Source: the human T2T-CHM13v2.0 reference genome, Homo sapiens. Taken from it: a DNA stretch of 64,000 nt. The notes below the pieces were generated by a model. That model was not told where the DNA came from. It did no database searches and worked only from the letters and a program-made list of their open reading frames with translations. Location of the stretch: assembly GCF_009914755.1 (NCBI RefSeq), contig NC_060931.1; one strand, written 5' to 3'. This document shows positions 43,531-57,429 of this stretch, piece after piece. How positions within the stretch are numbered: position 1 is the first letter of the stretch; each line of letters opens with the position of its first letter. The position numbers and the translations under genes are program-made.

Positions 43531-46500
43531 TTAGGAGCTTAGTTGAAATAGGCCCTGAAGATGGCTTGCCATCCGGCAGAATTTATATGTGTTTGTGCCT
43601 TAGCTAATTCCTCATTTCTCATCTTCAGCTGCTGTCCTCAGCTATATCTCTTAGTATCTTCTATGCTTGGCTCCTGGCATTTACACATGATCTTTTGGTA
43701 TTGACTTTTTGCCTGGTCTATGTTTGTAGGATCACAGATTAAATACTCTGCTCCCTCATAACTTCCCAGTATTGACCCTGTACAGCATGTTTCTCTTGTG
43801 TCAATCCTACAGCCAGCCAGGTCAACACAGTCTTTTCATGACTCTTCTTTTAGATCACAAACCTAGAAGTCATCAAACCTTCAAACAGAACTTTCTAAGT
43901 TACTAACATATCCAGGAGGGTAAATGCAGCCCTCAACAGGGAAGGGACCTTTCACGAGAGTTGCCTCATGTTAAATAAGCATTGCTAACAGAATGGTTAT
44001 TTCTGTTAATAAGTACATATTACCACATACTAAGTACATATTACATTATTTAATCCTTATAGCAGACAAGATTACACACATTCTACTAAACAGGAAGCTG
44101 AAATTCAGATAAGTTAGTACCTATCCAAATTCACACAGCTAGATAACCATCAAAATCAGGACTAATGCTAATTTTAAATCCTTTACCAGCCCTGCATGAT
44201 CCTGATTGAGTCCAGGTACCCTGGGGATTCCCAGGTCTTAGCATAGGTGGTGCAAAGAACCCTATGTTTGGGGAGAGGGTGTAGGTAATGGATACCAAAT
44301 CACTCCATATTAACCCCATCAAAGAATGTGACTCTTGACCCATTCTTAGAGAAGTGAACTACAACATAACAAGGAGGAAGCAAGCTTAATCTCTGAATGA
44401 ATCTGGAGTTTTATCTGTCCGTGGCACGATAATACCAAACACATTCCTCAGGGGGCTATTGCAAGGGTGGGTACAATATCCTATTGATGAACCGTAGTGA
44501 TCAAAGGAAGGCATGAGTTGAGAGCTTAACAGAGAGAAATGCTCATAAAGCTCAGTATATTGCTACTGATGGAATGATTAAATGCCGCTTGACACAAAAA
44601 CATATGCAGTTCTTGGAAGTCAAAAGATACAAAAACTCTAGAGTCATATGGTTTGTCAATCTACAGGCAACCCCTCTGTACCTATAATTTCACAGTTTCA
44701 TTTATGCTTTGCAAAATTGATGATTATTACCAAAGGAATTTGAGTTTAAGCCTGGCAACTAAATCAAAAAGTAATGCTCTTACCATCTAGAAAATACTTA
44801 AACAACTTTAAAATGGAGTCAATGAATGTTTGACTGTTTGACAGGTAAGCTCTGAGTATATAATTAATCTGGCAATTGAAATCAGCTAAGTCTTTATAAA
44901 TTCTCTTTGTAGTCTAGTGCATGATGATCACAACATCACTTGTAAGGACTTTGCAATATTCAAAGGACTGAGGTTCATACTCACATTTAGTGATATGAAG
45001 TTCACAGGATATATGTGTGTTAAACTTGCACGTCATTGAAGTTTACGTATATAATTAATTAGACTCAACAAAGGAAACATTCATTGTCTATTTGAGGTCT
45101 GGACTGTGCTGGCATCAGCATGAGCCCCCTACTAGGTCTCAGACTAAAGAGGTGTCAAAGACAAGCAAATAGTTTCAGAAGAGTATATATAAGAGTAATA
45201 ATAAGGTAACATTAGAAATATGAGCAAGGAATGGAGGTTGCAGAGAGGAGGGATGTTATTACCTAGAAAGGGTGATTTCATAACGCTTATGTGTAAAATG
45301 GGGGCAGGAATAAAATGGGTGAATTAGATCATCTTTATAGTCTGCTTTTGCTCTCTAATTTTGTCCTGTCTATATACTTGTCAGATTATTTCCATTTTGT
45401 TCTTTTTTCCCCTTAGGGCCATATTTTCTGATTATGACCATTGGAAATGTTATGTTCAAAAATTTCCATGATCAAGGACTGACGATGGAGTCTTTATTCT
45501 TAGGTCCCCAGCTTCTCTTCTTACCTCCTTCCTAAGAGCTTTGTAGGATACTGTTGCTCTGGCATATCTTCTCCAGAGACTGAGTAGAGAAAGGAGGTGG
45601 AATTACAATCAGTCAGCTTCACTTACTGAAGTTCTTGTGAAAGTTTGATAGAAGAGAGCGTTGATGTTTAAGAAAATATTTTTCACAGAATAAGGCAGCT
45701 CTTAATTACCTGCAGTAATGGAGAGCAGTGGTGTGTATAATCCAAAATGGTGGATAATCCAAAAACTATTTCTATTTGACTTTGAAATGTATTTTTGAAC
45801 TTGCATTTGAATAGAAATATGGCACCAACAACTTAAAGAGTCCTAAGCTTTCTATCTTTCTTATACACATTGGTCTTTAGAAATTGCATGTTTGAGTTTT
45901 AAGACCTTCCTCCACTGGACTGCAGGTCAACTCTAGGTTAAAAGGAACAGTGCTACTGGCAATGTCAACAAAAATAGCTAAGCAAGACATTTCTAAAAAG
46001 AAATTAAAATAAAATGTATCTTAGATGATGTAGAGTTTGGCTACATATTGCTTGATTATATACACTCGTCTATGAACCAAGTTCCTACTTACAGTAAATC
46101 ATTTAAGCTGGATGTGATGCACAACATTTCAAGCTGATGGAAAGATGACTAGATAAAGTTTGTTCTGTCTGACTCCCCCACTGAATGCCTGCCTGGCACT
46201 CTGAGGAAGCCACAGCAGGGTGTCTTCAGAAGCTATTTCCAAACAAATTTAGACTTGTCTTATACATGATGAGAGCTATTTATAAAGATTGTATAACAAA
46301 TAGCTTATAAAAGACACCTCTGTCAATTGCATTTATAATGAAAAAATCTAACACAAGAAGGCGTTGATTCCCAGTGCAAGCTAACGCTGCAATATCTTTG
46401 CTTTTTTATCAGCTAAACTAACCGGGGAAAGGGAGCATGACAAAACTCACTGCACTTCATTGAAACTTGAATTGAGATCTTAAAAAGAAGTAGAGTTTCA

Positions 46501-49500
46501 TCAAAATATACAAAAGAGTAAAGGGCAGTAGGTGCATTTTAGTTGGTAAAGTCAGAATCCAGCAATCATATCGAATGACAAGATCTACTCTCAGAAATGA
46601 TAGGTAATGACATTATTATGTGAGGATCTTTAATAACTTCTACTGTTATCTGTTTAATTGATGTACAAAAGGCAAAAAGATTTAAAGAATTGAGAGAAAA
46701 GCAGAAGAAAACATCAAAAATCGAAGAATTTAAATCTTCCATCCCCAAGACAAATGGAAAGCAAAAATCAATACATTACAAAAAAACTAAATAATTTTAG
46801 TGTGAATATTTTGAAACTATCAGCCATCTGTAGTAATTGTACAGGCAAAGATTTTAGCATTGCAACAATCTAAGATGGGAATTTACATACGAAAATGAAA
46901 ACATTAGACCTTTAATCAGAAGAATTGAAATGAAAACCAAAATTACTTAATATTTTTTCCCCAAAAAATATGCTTTTGGAAATGTGAGACTATGTTTGAA
47001 AGCCTGTGATTTTCTTATTTTATAAACGTGAAATGTGTTCAGTGATGACTATGACATGACAATTTGGAACCTTGAATTCAGTCTCCTATTTTACTCCTAA
47101 TTTGTAATGTTACCTTGTGCATAATGTTTATTCCTTTGGGGTAAAGTGCTAATTAAATAATTCATTCATTTTAATAAGCATTTCTTGTGTACTTATGTAC
47201 TAGGCCCTATGCTTGGCATAGGAGCTATAAAATTGAATAGGCCCTGGTTATAGTTTTGGCATATTTGATAAAGTCAGTGGGGATGAAGGCAGAAAGACAA
47301 ACATGTGGCGTAAGATGGCACTTTGACTAAAACTACATACAAGTGGAGATGGCACTAACAGAAAGTGACCATTTCTACATGGGATGAGATATATCAAGGA
47401 ATTCATTGACAGACTCAGTCTTACAGAATCTCTATACATCAAAGGTATTTGCCAACTATCCCTCTTCTGAAAGGTCAAGAAGTCAAAATCCCCATGAAAC
47501 CTTGAATGGAGGTACATTAAAAAACAAGAACCTTCAAAATATGTAATAGCTCTTTTCAGAGCTGTCATACACAAATAAATACAAAATCTACTCTTACTTG
47601 CTTTCCTTCAATAGTATCACAAAAGGAGGTACTATGTTGATTCAGTATATACTTTGTATACTCACAATGCATGGAAAAATGCATGGAGAACCATGCATAC
47701 AGAACGTTTTACCTCACGTATTCTCAATTGATTTTCTAACTTTTGTTTTTACCAACCATCCTTCATCAAAAAGATCCAAGTGTTAAATAAACAAGTCTAG
47801 AATTCACAGTTTGTACTCTCCTTGTGCTTCCTCGTTTTCTGTTATTTCTTTTCGGCTTGGGTAAGCAAACTCTGTTACTGCCACATTCTTTTTTTTTTCC
47901 ACTGAGAATAGTTTCCCATGTTTTCAAAAGAGCACAGTTGTGTGATATGTGTTGTGGGGGGAAGAGGTGAAAGAAAGAGGGGGGGGAAGAGAATATACTT
48001 GTGTAAATATGAATAGTGTACATAAACATATATGAAGACATGGTCTTCTAGACACAGAAGAAAAAAGATACATAAATGAACACAAAGTGTGGAAACACAT
48101 GTGTAGTCAGATGGATCAGTGTCCTTAGGGGGCAAGGTTTCAAAGCTCAGTCTACAAAACCATTCTAATTAAAATAACATTTTAATATCCAATTCTGCTT
48201 TACTTTGTAAGCATTTTCTCCCTTCTGTTTGTTTTCTTTACTAAAGTCACAGCAAGGGCTGTGCTGAGCCTCCAGTTCATCTAAGCTACTCGGTGCATGC
48301 CCAGACAGCAAGAAAATGGTTTCTCTGGCAACAGGAATTATGTGAAATCTCTGTGTGTTCTCCCCCACCTTCCATCTGATTCCTATTCACTTAAGCTCTT
48401 CACATATAGGCAACAACGAGGCATTGGAAATCTAATGAGCAATTCAAATTTATTGAGCTAGTTCATGGAGGCGGGTACTGTGAGCATCTTCATTTCCTGT
48501 GTACCAGGGAGCAGAGTGTGTTTGTTGTACGTTATCTGTATTATTCAAGAACCATGCACTGTCAGCAAATAGCCCAAACCAGATAAAATCAGATGAATAT
48601 CTAAAATAAGAAGCATATGAGGAATTTACTTCCATCATGGTAGGAGGGAAATGCAAAGGCTTTCAGGTGCCAAACACAGCTTTGAATTTTCCAAAGATGC
48701 TGAGCGATGGAAGTCACAATGATTTAAAACAGCCTCATATTGTGTCTGAAACCCAAGAGGGAATGGCAAGAGCTTTGATTAAATTGCTTTGAATGTCAGC
48801 TTTTTTATTTCTAAGGAATCATACTGTTCCTCCATGACTAAAGCGCTAGAGTTTTCAATTTAGGCCTTATAAACATTCCCTAATAATAGTTCATGATGAG
48901 ACCTCTTATATATGTTTTTCTCTGTAGCCTTTGTTAAGGAGAGAGTCCTGTGTTTAGCATTGGTACTAAGGCTGATATTTACTAAGAGAGTTTAATCAAA
49001 TGGGAATTGATTTGCTTGGAGGAATCAGGACTAAGGCAAATTAGCTTTATTCTTTAGAGATTGGGAGAATGTGGGAGGGAAGGATCTATTTTTCTTCGGT
49101 TCCAATAAGGATGAAATAACAGCAAGAAATATACTCAGTAACATAAAGTAGAAAATAGAGTGAATTGGAATGGACTCCTGAACCGGTTTCAGAATCATTG
49201 TCCTGGAAGTTTAAGAAGAATATTTGCTTCTTACTGTCTAGAATATTTTAGTAAACTCTACCTGCAAGGAGGTATATTTTTAAAGTTTCCTTGGTTTTAT
49301 CATTGTATATCTTACCTGTTAAAAATTAAGGACTTTGTCACCAAAAAGCAATAGGAAATGCCTCTTTGCATAAATCTTTAATCTCAATCTACATGATATA
49401 GATTTAAGTAATAACTCAATGAAAGCCCAATTTAAATAAACTTTAACTTCCAGTGAAAGCTGTAAGAAAGCAATGAGCAGAATGATTAGCCTAATGACAC

Positions 49501-49737
49501 AAATATAGTAAATGATTAACTAAAAAGCATAGAAGGGTGAAGATACCAAAGACAGATGACAGTAAAATAATAGTAGCATTATAACAATGACTTCATTCAT
49601 TTCATGGTTAATCTTTAGATAATAAGAACATATTGTTTTAGATAATAAGATAGTTTAAAAATTCTCAAATAACTGGCATTTTTCCTGGGATATAAAAGTG
49701 CCAATAAGTACAGCCAAAATTTGGAAAATAAATACAT

Positions 49738-49796
49738 TTTGTATTTTGTATTTTGTATTTTGTATTTTGTATTTATTTGTATTTATTTGTATTTTC
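49738..49796. repeat. (TTTTGTA)n AT-rich microsatellite
   Basis: Five TTTTGTA units decaying to TTTATTTGTA. Confidence 0.9.
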
Positions 49797-50842
49797 TTCC
49801 TACACAGAAGAGACACCTACTGAAGCCATAACATTCGGAATTTTCAATCCAGTCACAGAGCTTTTAGGAAAAGAACATCTTGGAATCATAATTTCATTCC
49901 AGTTAGAAAATGGAGATTCAACACCCATACCTAAAACCAAATTGCCCTTCACGTGGTAAGTCAGATAAGCTGAGACTAGGGGCTTTGTGTATGTAGCTAG
50001 TGCTTGCTTCTGGGAACAGAGAAATTGTTCCTGTGTTTCTAAATGTGGTACCCCACTGCAAGTAGTGTGTAGTAGAACGCATAAAGATTTACTGAAGTTT
50101 TCAAGGAATTTCTAAGCTCTGGTCTGCAGTTCTTTTCCCACAGAGCCACCTTTCAATTGTGACTTTTGCTATGTTTTATTTTAATTTTATTTAATTTTAC
50201 CCTTTCTTCCAGGAAAAGTTGAGATGGCTTACTATTATAGTGTATGCATGTATCAATCCTTGAAAACAGTATTTCTTTTAAAGAGGAAATTGCCTAGAAT
50301 CAGGAAAATATCTTGATAAGGCACTTATGGTAGAAAGCAGAAGATGAGAACATGTGTTAGTAGGAGAGAAAGCAATGAAAAATAGCAAAACTGTTCCTAA
50401 GTTAGAAATTAATGGCAATTAGTGGGTGGTGGGGAATACAAAAAAGAAGAAAGGAAAGGCAGAGTGGCCTTTAGAGGGAAAACATTAAAAATTTTAGACA
50501 TCTAATATTCAATTTTATGTTGTTGCTGTTTTTACAAAATCTTTCTCATAATTCAGAAAAGTGTGGTACATTCACATTGCTGAGCACGCTGATTTTTATG
50601 GAAATGTGTTTATCATGTGTGCTTAAGAAAGATCCATTTCCCCATTTGGCTATATACCAGAGCAGGGACACAGAGTAAAAAACAAAAAAGTTGTAGAGAA
50701 AAGTGGTTCAAGACAGAGGTGTTTATGAGGATGTAAGACCCACTGGAAGTTCAGAGAAAACTGAAGAACTATATTGGGCTTTTCATGGGGCACGGAATCC
50801 AATCTTATTTACAGCTTAAAAGGTAAGAGGACCTCAGGTAAC

Positions 50843-51188
50843 TGTTAGCCCAAGCCACAGCATTTTGCAGACTCCCACCTTTTATAAACTCCGGTCAGAG
50901 TGGAAAATTCCACCAGAGACTGAACCGTGAAGAAACATCTTGTGGGACAGGTCCCAGGCCTAACCCCTAACCCAGTGAATTCCTTCCTTATCAGCAGCCC
51001 AGCATACCATTCCCACCCCATTTCACAGCAACCTCAGACCTCTCCCGCCTGGACCTACAACTGCCCCAGCCTGCAAGCGGGAAAGGAGGCTCCTGCGCTC
51101 GCTGGTGCTCCCCCTCCGCAGGTCTTTGTCCAATAAACCTGTGTTACCGTCGAGCCGCCCTCCTTGTCTTTTTTTCTCCATCTTAACA
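50843..51188 (+). mobile_element. ERVL-class solo LTR (LTR62/LTR64-like; subfamily uncertain)
   Basis: TGTTAG...CTTAACA termini; perfect 5-bp TSD GTAAC at 50838-50842 and 51189-51193; AATAAA at 51132. Confidence 0.85.
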
Positions 51189-51205
51189 GTAACATGGAAG
51201 TTATA

Positions 51206-51238
51206 CCACACAACACAGCACACACACACACACACACA
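51206..51238. repeat. (CA)n microsatellite
   Basis: Interrupted CA run. Confidence 0.9.
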
Positions 51239-52275
51239 GAGTGAAAAGGTAAAACGTTACAATTTTTAAAATCAGAAACAGGAAAGGTATATAATTAAGC
51301 AGGATGCAACATCTGGGAGAAGAAAAATGCCATATATCAATGAACTGTGTACACTTGGGCAATGTAACATTAGTGGGCCAGCTTCAGGACCTTACTATGG
51401 TGAAAATCTGCTACAAATTTCCACTCTCTTTGAAGTCACATGGATGTGAATCGTGTGTGCTTTCAACGTACTAGCTGTGAATGAACTTAGGCTAGAGGGT
51501 GAAAATATCTGAGCCCCAATATTCTCCTTTCCTGTAAAATACAGATAGTAGTATCTACTTTAAACATAAATAATAATGGCAAATTTTTATTTACTGCAAA
51601 CTATATGTCAAGCTCCAAACTTACAGCTATTATTTATTTAGTTTACTCCTTGCAACTATTCTTTGAAGTATTATTATTTTCATTGTACAAATCAGGAACC
51701 TAAGCCTAATAGAAATTAAATAACTTTCCTAAGCACAGAGCTTGTAGGTAGTGGAGCCATTAGAGTGGTTCACTAGTACTGACAATAGCAGTACTAGTAT
51801 AAGTATTAGTACTAGCATAAGTACTAATATAAGCAAATACTGTGAAAGTCAGTTTCAACTTGAAATTTTCAATTACTGACTTCGTTTTCTACAATGGGCA
51901 AACCCAAGATAACTCTGTAATGATGGATCCTTTGTAAACTTTACTTCTTGTCATTCTGCATTTTTTTCACTATTTCTTTATTTAACAAGGGTGGAACGCC
52001 TTGCTCATTTATCATCATAGCTGAATTCTTATTAGAGCACCAGCTAATTCATGCTTATTAAGTAGAAAAGCAATGGCAACTAGGCTTGATGCCTAAGTAG
52101 GATTCAAGCCTGTATCTAAAGTGACAAAAAACTTATAACGCTGTTTCAGATCAACTATAGAGTGGCAGGAATAAATACCATTGTATATGCTCACTGTAAA
52201 GCTAGATTATGTTTCCAGTGTAGTCACACCAAGTAGGAGCACATACTGTCCATCTCAGCACTTTGTCCTCTAGAC

Positions 52276-52797
52276 CAGGGGTCCTCAACCCCTGGGCCAT
52301 GGACTGGTACCATCCTATTAAGAACTGGGCCACACGGCAGAGGTGAGTGGCAGGTGAGTGAGCAAAGCGTCATCTGTATTTATAGCTACTCCCCATTCCT
52401 TGGATTACCGCCTGAACTCTGCCTGTCAGATCAGTGGCAGCATTAGACTCTCATAGAAGCAGGAACCCTATCTTGAACAGTGAATGCGAGGGGTGTAGGT
52501 TGTCCGCTCCTTATGAGAATCTAATGCCTGATGATGTGTCACTGTCCCCCATCACCCCCAGATGGGACCATCTAGTTGCAGGAAAACAAGCTCAGGGCTC
52601 CCCTTGATTCTATGGTGCATTGTGTAATTATTTCATTATATATTACAGTGTAATAATAATAGAAATAAAGTACACAATAAATGTAGTGTGCTTGAATCAT
52701 CCCGAAACTATCCATCCCCGCACCCCCAACCCCTGTCTGTGGAAAAATTGTCTTCCATGAAACCAGTCCCTGGTGCCCAAAAGGTTAGGGACCACTG
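52276..52797 (+). mobile_element. MER1A hAT-Charlie DNA transposon, full length
   Basis: TIRs CAGGGGTCCTCAACC / GGTTAGGGACCACTG; 8-bp TSD CTCTAGAC/CTCTAGAT. Confidence 0.95.
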
Positions 52798-54209
52798 CTC
52801 TAGATGATTCACTGGGGACATACGGTTGCCAGTGACACTGTAGGGTCTTACCAGGTCTGGTAAACCCAACCTTTGTTATGTCACTGTGCTTTTATACTTT
52901 TCACTTACATCACCATTTGGAAAAGTGTAGACTAACAATACAATGAGGGTTTGTGTGTATGTATTGAATAACAGACTTGGCATTAGAAATGTTGCATCCT
53001 TATGTCTGTGGGGAAAATAGGATGAATATCTAGATTTACCTGAAGAATTTCTCTGCCTCCAGCTTTCCAACATTCTGGAGAGCCAGTTTCCCTATACCTT
53101 CTATGTGAACCAATTAATAGGATGTTAAAGAAAAAGGTAAGAATTTGTTTGAACTCAAGGATCTGACACATGCTGTTCCAATCAATTTTACATTCTAATA
53201 AAATAAACAATTGAAGTCTTACAAATACTGCATGTCCAAATAAAATAATACCCATTTTTTGTATAATAAACTAAAGCTTATCAAATAGCTTCCCTTAAGG
53301 TTGAAGGAAAAAAAATAAAGAAAAAAAATCCAACTGTAAGTGACCTTCAAATAACCTAAGCATTGTGTTGGCAAGTTTAGTAAGACTATGTTCTCCAAAA
53401 GTTTACAGAAGTGACATTGTCATCAGTATGTCTACTGAAAAAGGAGTGAGTGATAGAAACCACTACGTTTAAAAAAATCATTTAGTTAGAATTATGATCG
53501 TGTATTGGGGTTTATGCAGGATCTTGCACGAAGAAAATAAGCAAGTTGCAACCCTCTTTCTTTTACTTTCAACGACAAAGGTCATGCCAAGGGTTTGGAA
53601 TCCTATTGCTGCTATTAAGAGCTCTTTCTATGCATTAAACTTGTCTCACCAAAGCAGGTGTTTGACATATGAGGGGCCTGGCTGCCGTACTATCAATAGT
53701 TTCATTACAGGGGACTTACTCTCCAAACATACCTTTCCTGTGGACAGAATTTAATTTGAACCATCTTTTCTAGAGGGTAGTTGTTTGTGATTATTTTCTT
53801 GAAATAAGTAAAAAGTTTAAATAGAGGTGATATGCAACTCCAGTTTAATGTGTGCACTAATCTTTCACTTTATATAATTTATCATCTATAATTTTAGTTA
53901 TTATAAATATTTAGTTAAATCTACTCGGTTATCTTTCATTAACTATGAACTCATAATCTACAAAAATATATCAAATGGCTGCATTTCCACATTTTCCAGA
54001 ATCATATATCATAGTACTGTGGCTAGATAAGATTAACTAAAATGCAGATAAATTCTTTTGTAAATATGTCAAAATATATCTAATTAACTATATATAAAAT
54101 TACAAATAAATCCTGCCTTCCTAAGAGGGATAAATTTAGAAGCAACATTTGGAGAAACACAGTACTGACATCTGATAAGTATGACTTTGTTTTTCCCCTA
54201 AGCTATAAA

Positions 54210-54445
54210 TAGTAATAGCTAACACTGAATGCTTCCTATGTGCCAGTCATACAACACTGAGTGTGTACTAACTCACTTAATCCTTATAATACACCTATGA
54301 GATTCAAACTATTAGGGATCTCATCTTATGGATGAAGAAACTGAGGTACAGAATAATTAACTTGCTCCTAGACACAGCTAGTAAGTGAAGCTGACATTTA
54401 AATCTGGACAGTATGGGTCTAAAATCAGTCATCTTAACCATTAGT
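54210..54445 (-). mobile_element. MIR SINE, near full length
   Basis: GATGAAGAAACTGAGGTACAGA core; ACACAGCTAGTAAGTG; TCTTAACCA end. Confidence 0.85.
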
Positions 54446-57429
54446 TGTATAATTTATTTAGATATATAATTTATAATTTATAAAATATTATTCATTACAT
54501 GTCAGAATAATCTCTTACATTTAATAATGAAGACCACGAGAAATGGTCCATTTGTGGTACAGGACACCACCATATACAAAGCAGCTTACTAATGTACAGC
54601 TGTCGTGGGAAAAGATGTTTCTAAATCATTTGTACCCTGGGGACACTACATGCCATTTTATTCAAAGTCCATGGAGATTAATTTCTCAAAGGATAAGTTG
54701 AGAAAAAATCATCTTTTCCTTCATCAGAAAACCAAATAATCAACTTTTATTTCTCAAAGGTAAGAAAGATCAAATAGACAACCCTTGGATCTAACCTGTG
54801 GTTCCACAAAGGATATAAAAATAGCAAGTGTGATGAATGGATCATAAAATTGTTCCTTCTGGGGAAATTCTGTGATTTAATGCCACACAGTATGTAAGGA
54901 GAATCGCAACATAATTGATTGAAATCTGAAATGGAGATACAGGGGGCCTAATCATTTTTCTAGAAGAACTCTGAAGAAAGAGTTGGACCTAACGTTTAAA
55001 AAGCTAACATCTAACATTAACTCTAGTAAGCAATTATACCAGTGCTTAAACCAATATTACATAACCAAGAAAAAAATAGGAAATCTATGTATTCTGTTTA
55101 CATTTTTACTCACCCACACTGTACCAGTTCTTCCTCATGGCTGGGTCCTCTCTAATAAATGGAATTTTTGTATAACATCTTTTAGGTCACCTAAGCAGTG
55201 ATGTATAAAATCACTGTATATGTATGTATATGCCCAGAATGTATATGCCCAGAAAAATAATGAAGTCTCTCAGCATATAGTTAGCTATCACAGAGTGACT
55301 AAGGTAGCATAAGAATTAATCTCAAATAATCCTACTATTTGTAGGTTCCTTTAAAAAAATCAATATGCCTGTACCTTCAAGTTACCAAGGGCATATGTAT
55401 GACATATGTGGGTTACCTGATACTTTAGAAAGCAGAGAATAGATATCCCCTTATCACAGAGGCAGGTCCCGGGTAGATGCAGAATTTTGAAAGGAACATA
55501 TTGAAATCTTCTAATTTGTGCTTATCTTGAAATTAAATTCAGTCTTCTAGTCATTCCAATTTTTTCCAACCTATTAAATTGTGAGAAATCTGCAAAGAAT
55601 TTATTGAGAAGGTTCTCAAAGAACTAAGATGGTAGCTTTTTACTAAGAAACTGATTATATCAAGGCTGAAGGGTAAGATTTGTTCAGACAAGCTTTCCTA
55701 GCTAGCATCCAATGAGTATTAGAATTTCCAAGTCTAATTTATAAACCCAAACATAAACAGATAAAAATAATAATTTTTATTTTCTTCAAGAGAAGAGAAA
55801 AATGTAAGGTAGAGTGAAGTAACATTTAGACTCAGAAAATTTAAATCAAAGAACTGACATAAACAACTAGCAAACTTGATTGTTTAGATTTTAATAAAAT
55901 GTATTGTATAATCTATTATTACTTTTAGTGAGAGCAAAATATTATAGAAAAACTTTTTTATTTGTAAAATATATCTTGTTCCAAGGAAATAAGTATACGT
56001 AATTAACTAACACCCATAAAAGGTATGACTCTTTAATGTTGTCAATGAAGATTTAACATAATATTCTATAACAAATATAGCTCATTCTGCTCTTAAAACA
56101 CATAATTCATTACCTCATTTGAATGTATTGTTTAATCTAGGAAATTGTATAATAAATAGCAGTAATAATATGGGAATAAGCAATGTAGTTTTACTTTCAA
56201 AACTAATATCCACCAGTAAAACTAAAATTTGAACTGTGAGAAGGCGATATATCTAATCATGACACTCTCAGGAGGAAATAGCACAACAATTTTAACCCAT
56301 TATTTGTCATATTTCTGCATGGGAACATGTTTCAAAATAGGTTTCATAGGCCTAACACATAACCCAGGAATAATCGCACAAGTAATTTTGAGGGTATATT
56401 CATAGTCACCTTTCCATATTCAAATGTTACAAAATGAATTTCTACCAAAGACACTATTTTCATTCTTATTAGAGTTATTTGCTCAAGACTATAGCCAAAG
56501 AAATATAGATCTTAAATCTCATCATCAAAAAAGCCCAGAACTCTGGCTTCATTTTCAGGCACAATACCACAATGGCAAAACATCAGTCTCAGTGTGATAT
56601 ATCAGTTAATAACGTAAGCAGTAAGACACGGGCTAAATTTAACACATACTCAAAACAACCTCTGTTAAATAATTTAACATGAATGATATTAAGGACAATT
56701 AAATACATTTGTTTCTTAGACAGTTTGTCTAAGAGTCTTGAACTCTTTTGTGAGAATCCCTGGGGGAACTTAAATGTGGGTACTTATGTTTTATAGGATT
56801 GACCAGGAATAGTCTAAAATCAGAAGTCATAGCCCTCCTAAAGCCATATAGCTTAATTATAGAATAATATAATCATAGAATTATAGTTGGCTTATCTAGT
56901 TGATGCGATTCATATTAAAGGAAAAGGAAGATGTAAGAATGTGGAAATTATTGCCAAAGAGCACTCAGTAAAGTTGCTAAGAGAAAATGGTTAGTAAATC
57001 CCAGGCCACCTTAAGATATTAAGTTGTCTGTTAAGCATTGCAGTGATCAAGGAAGCATCCATACTTAGAAACGCATGATTAATCTTTTAAATAATATCCT
57101 AATATTGTTTAAATATACTTTGATTTTTCTTCAAAACAAAAGAAAAATGTAAACTGTTATTTTCTTTGGTCAATATATATGTTTATAAGATGGCCTTATA
57201 AATTCTATTGCTCATTGGATGCTGGCTAATAAAATACATTCATCCATTTTCTTTCAATCAACCATATTTATTTAGCACTTACTAAATTCAAGAAGGCCTG
57301 GGCCCTAACACATTTGTAAGTGTGGGCAGAGGACTAGGAATTTGCATATTTAATAAGAACCATAAGTGATTCTGAAACAAGTAAGCTTCTGACCAAATAT
57401 TGCAAAACATTGATAAGGGACTGCTTCAA

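Noticed and set aside
46624-46793. Lys/Glu-rich open frame (KAKRFKELREKQKK...)
   Set aside because: No ATG, poor acceptor, and phase incompatible with the upstream donor; explained by A-rich composition.
50815-50822. 8-nt microexon TTTTACAG/CTTAAAAG/GTAAGA
   Set aside because: Frameshifting length and short pyrimidine tract; likely chance.
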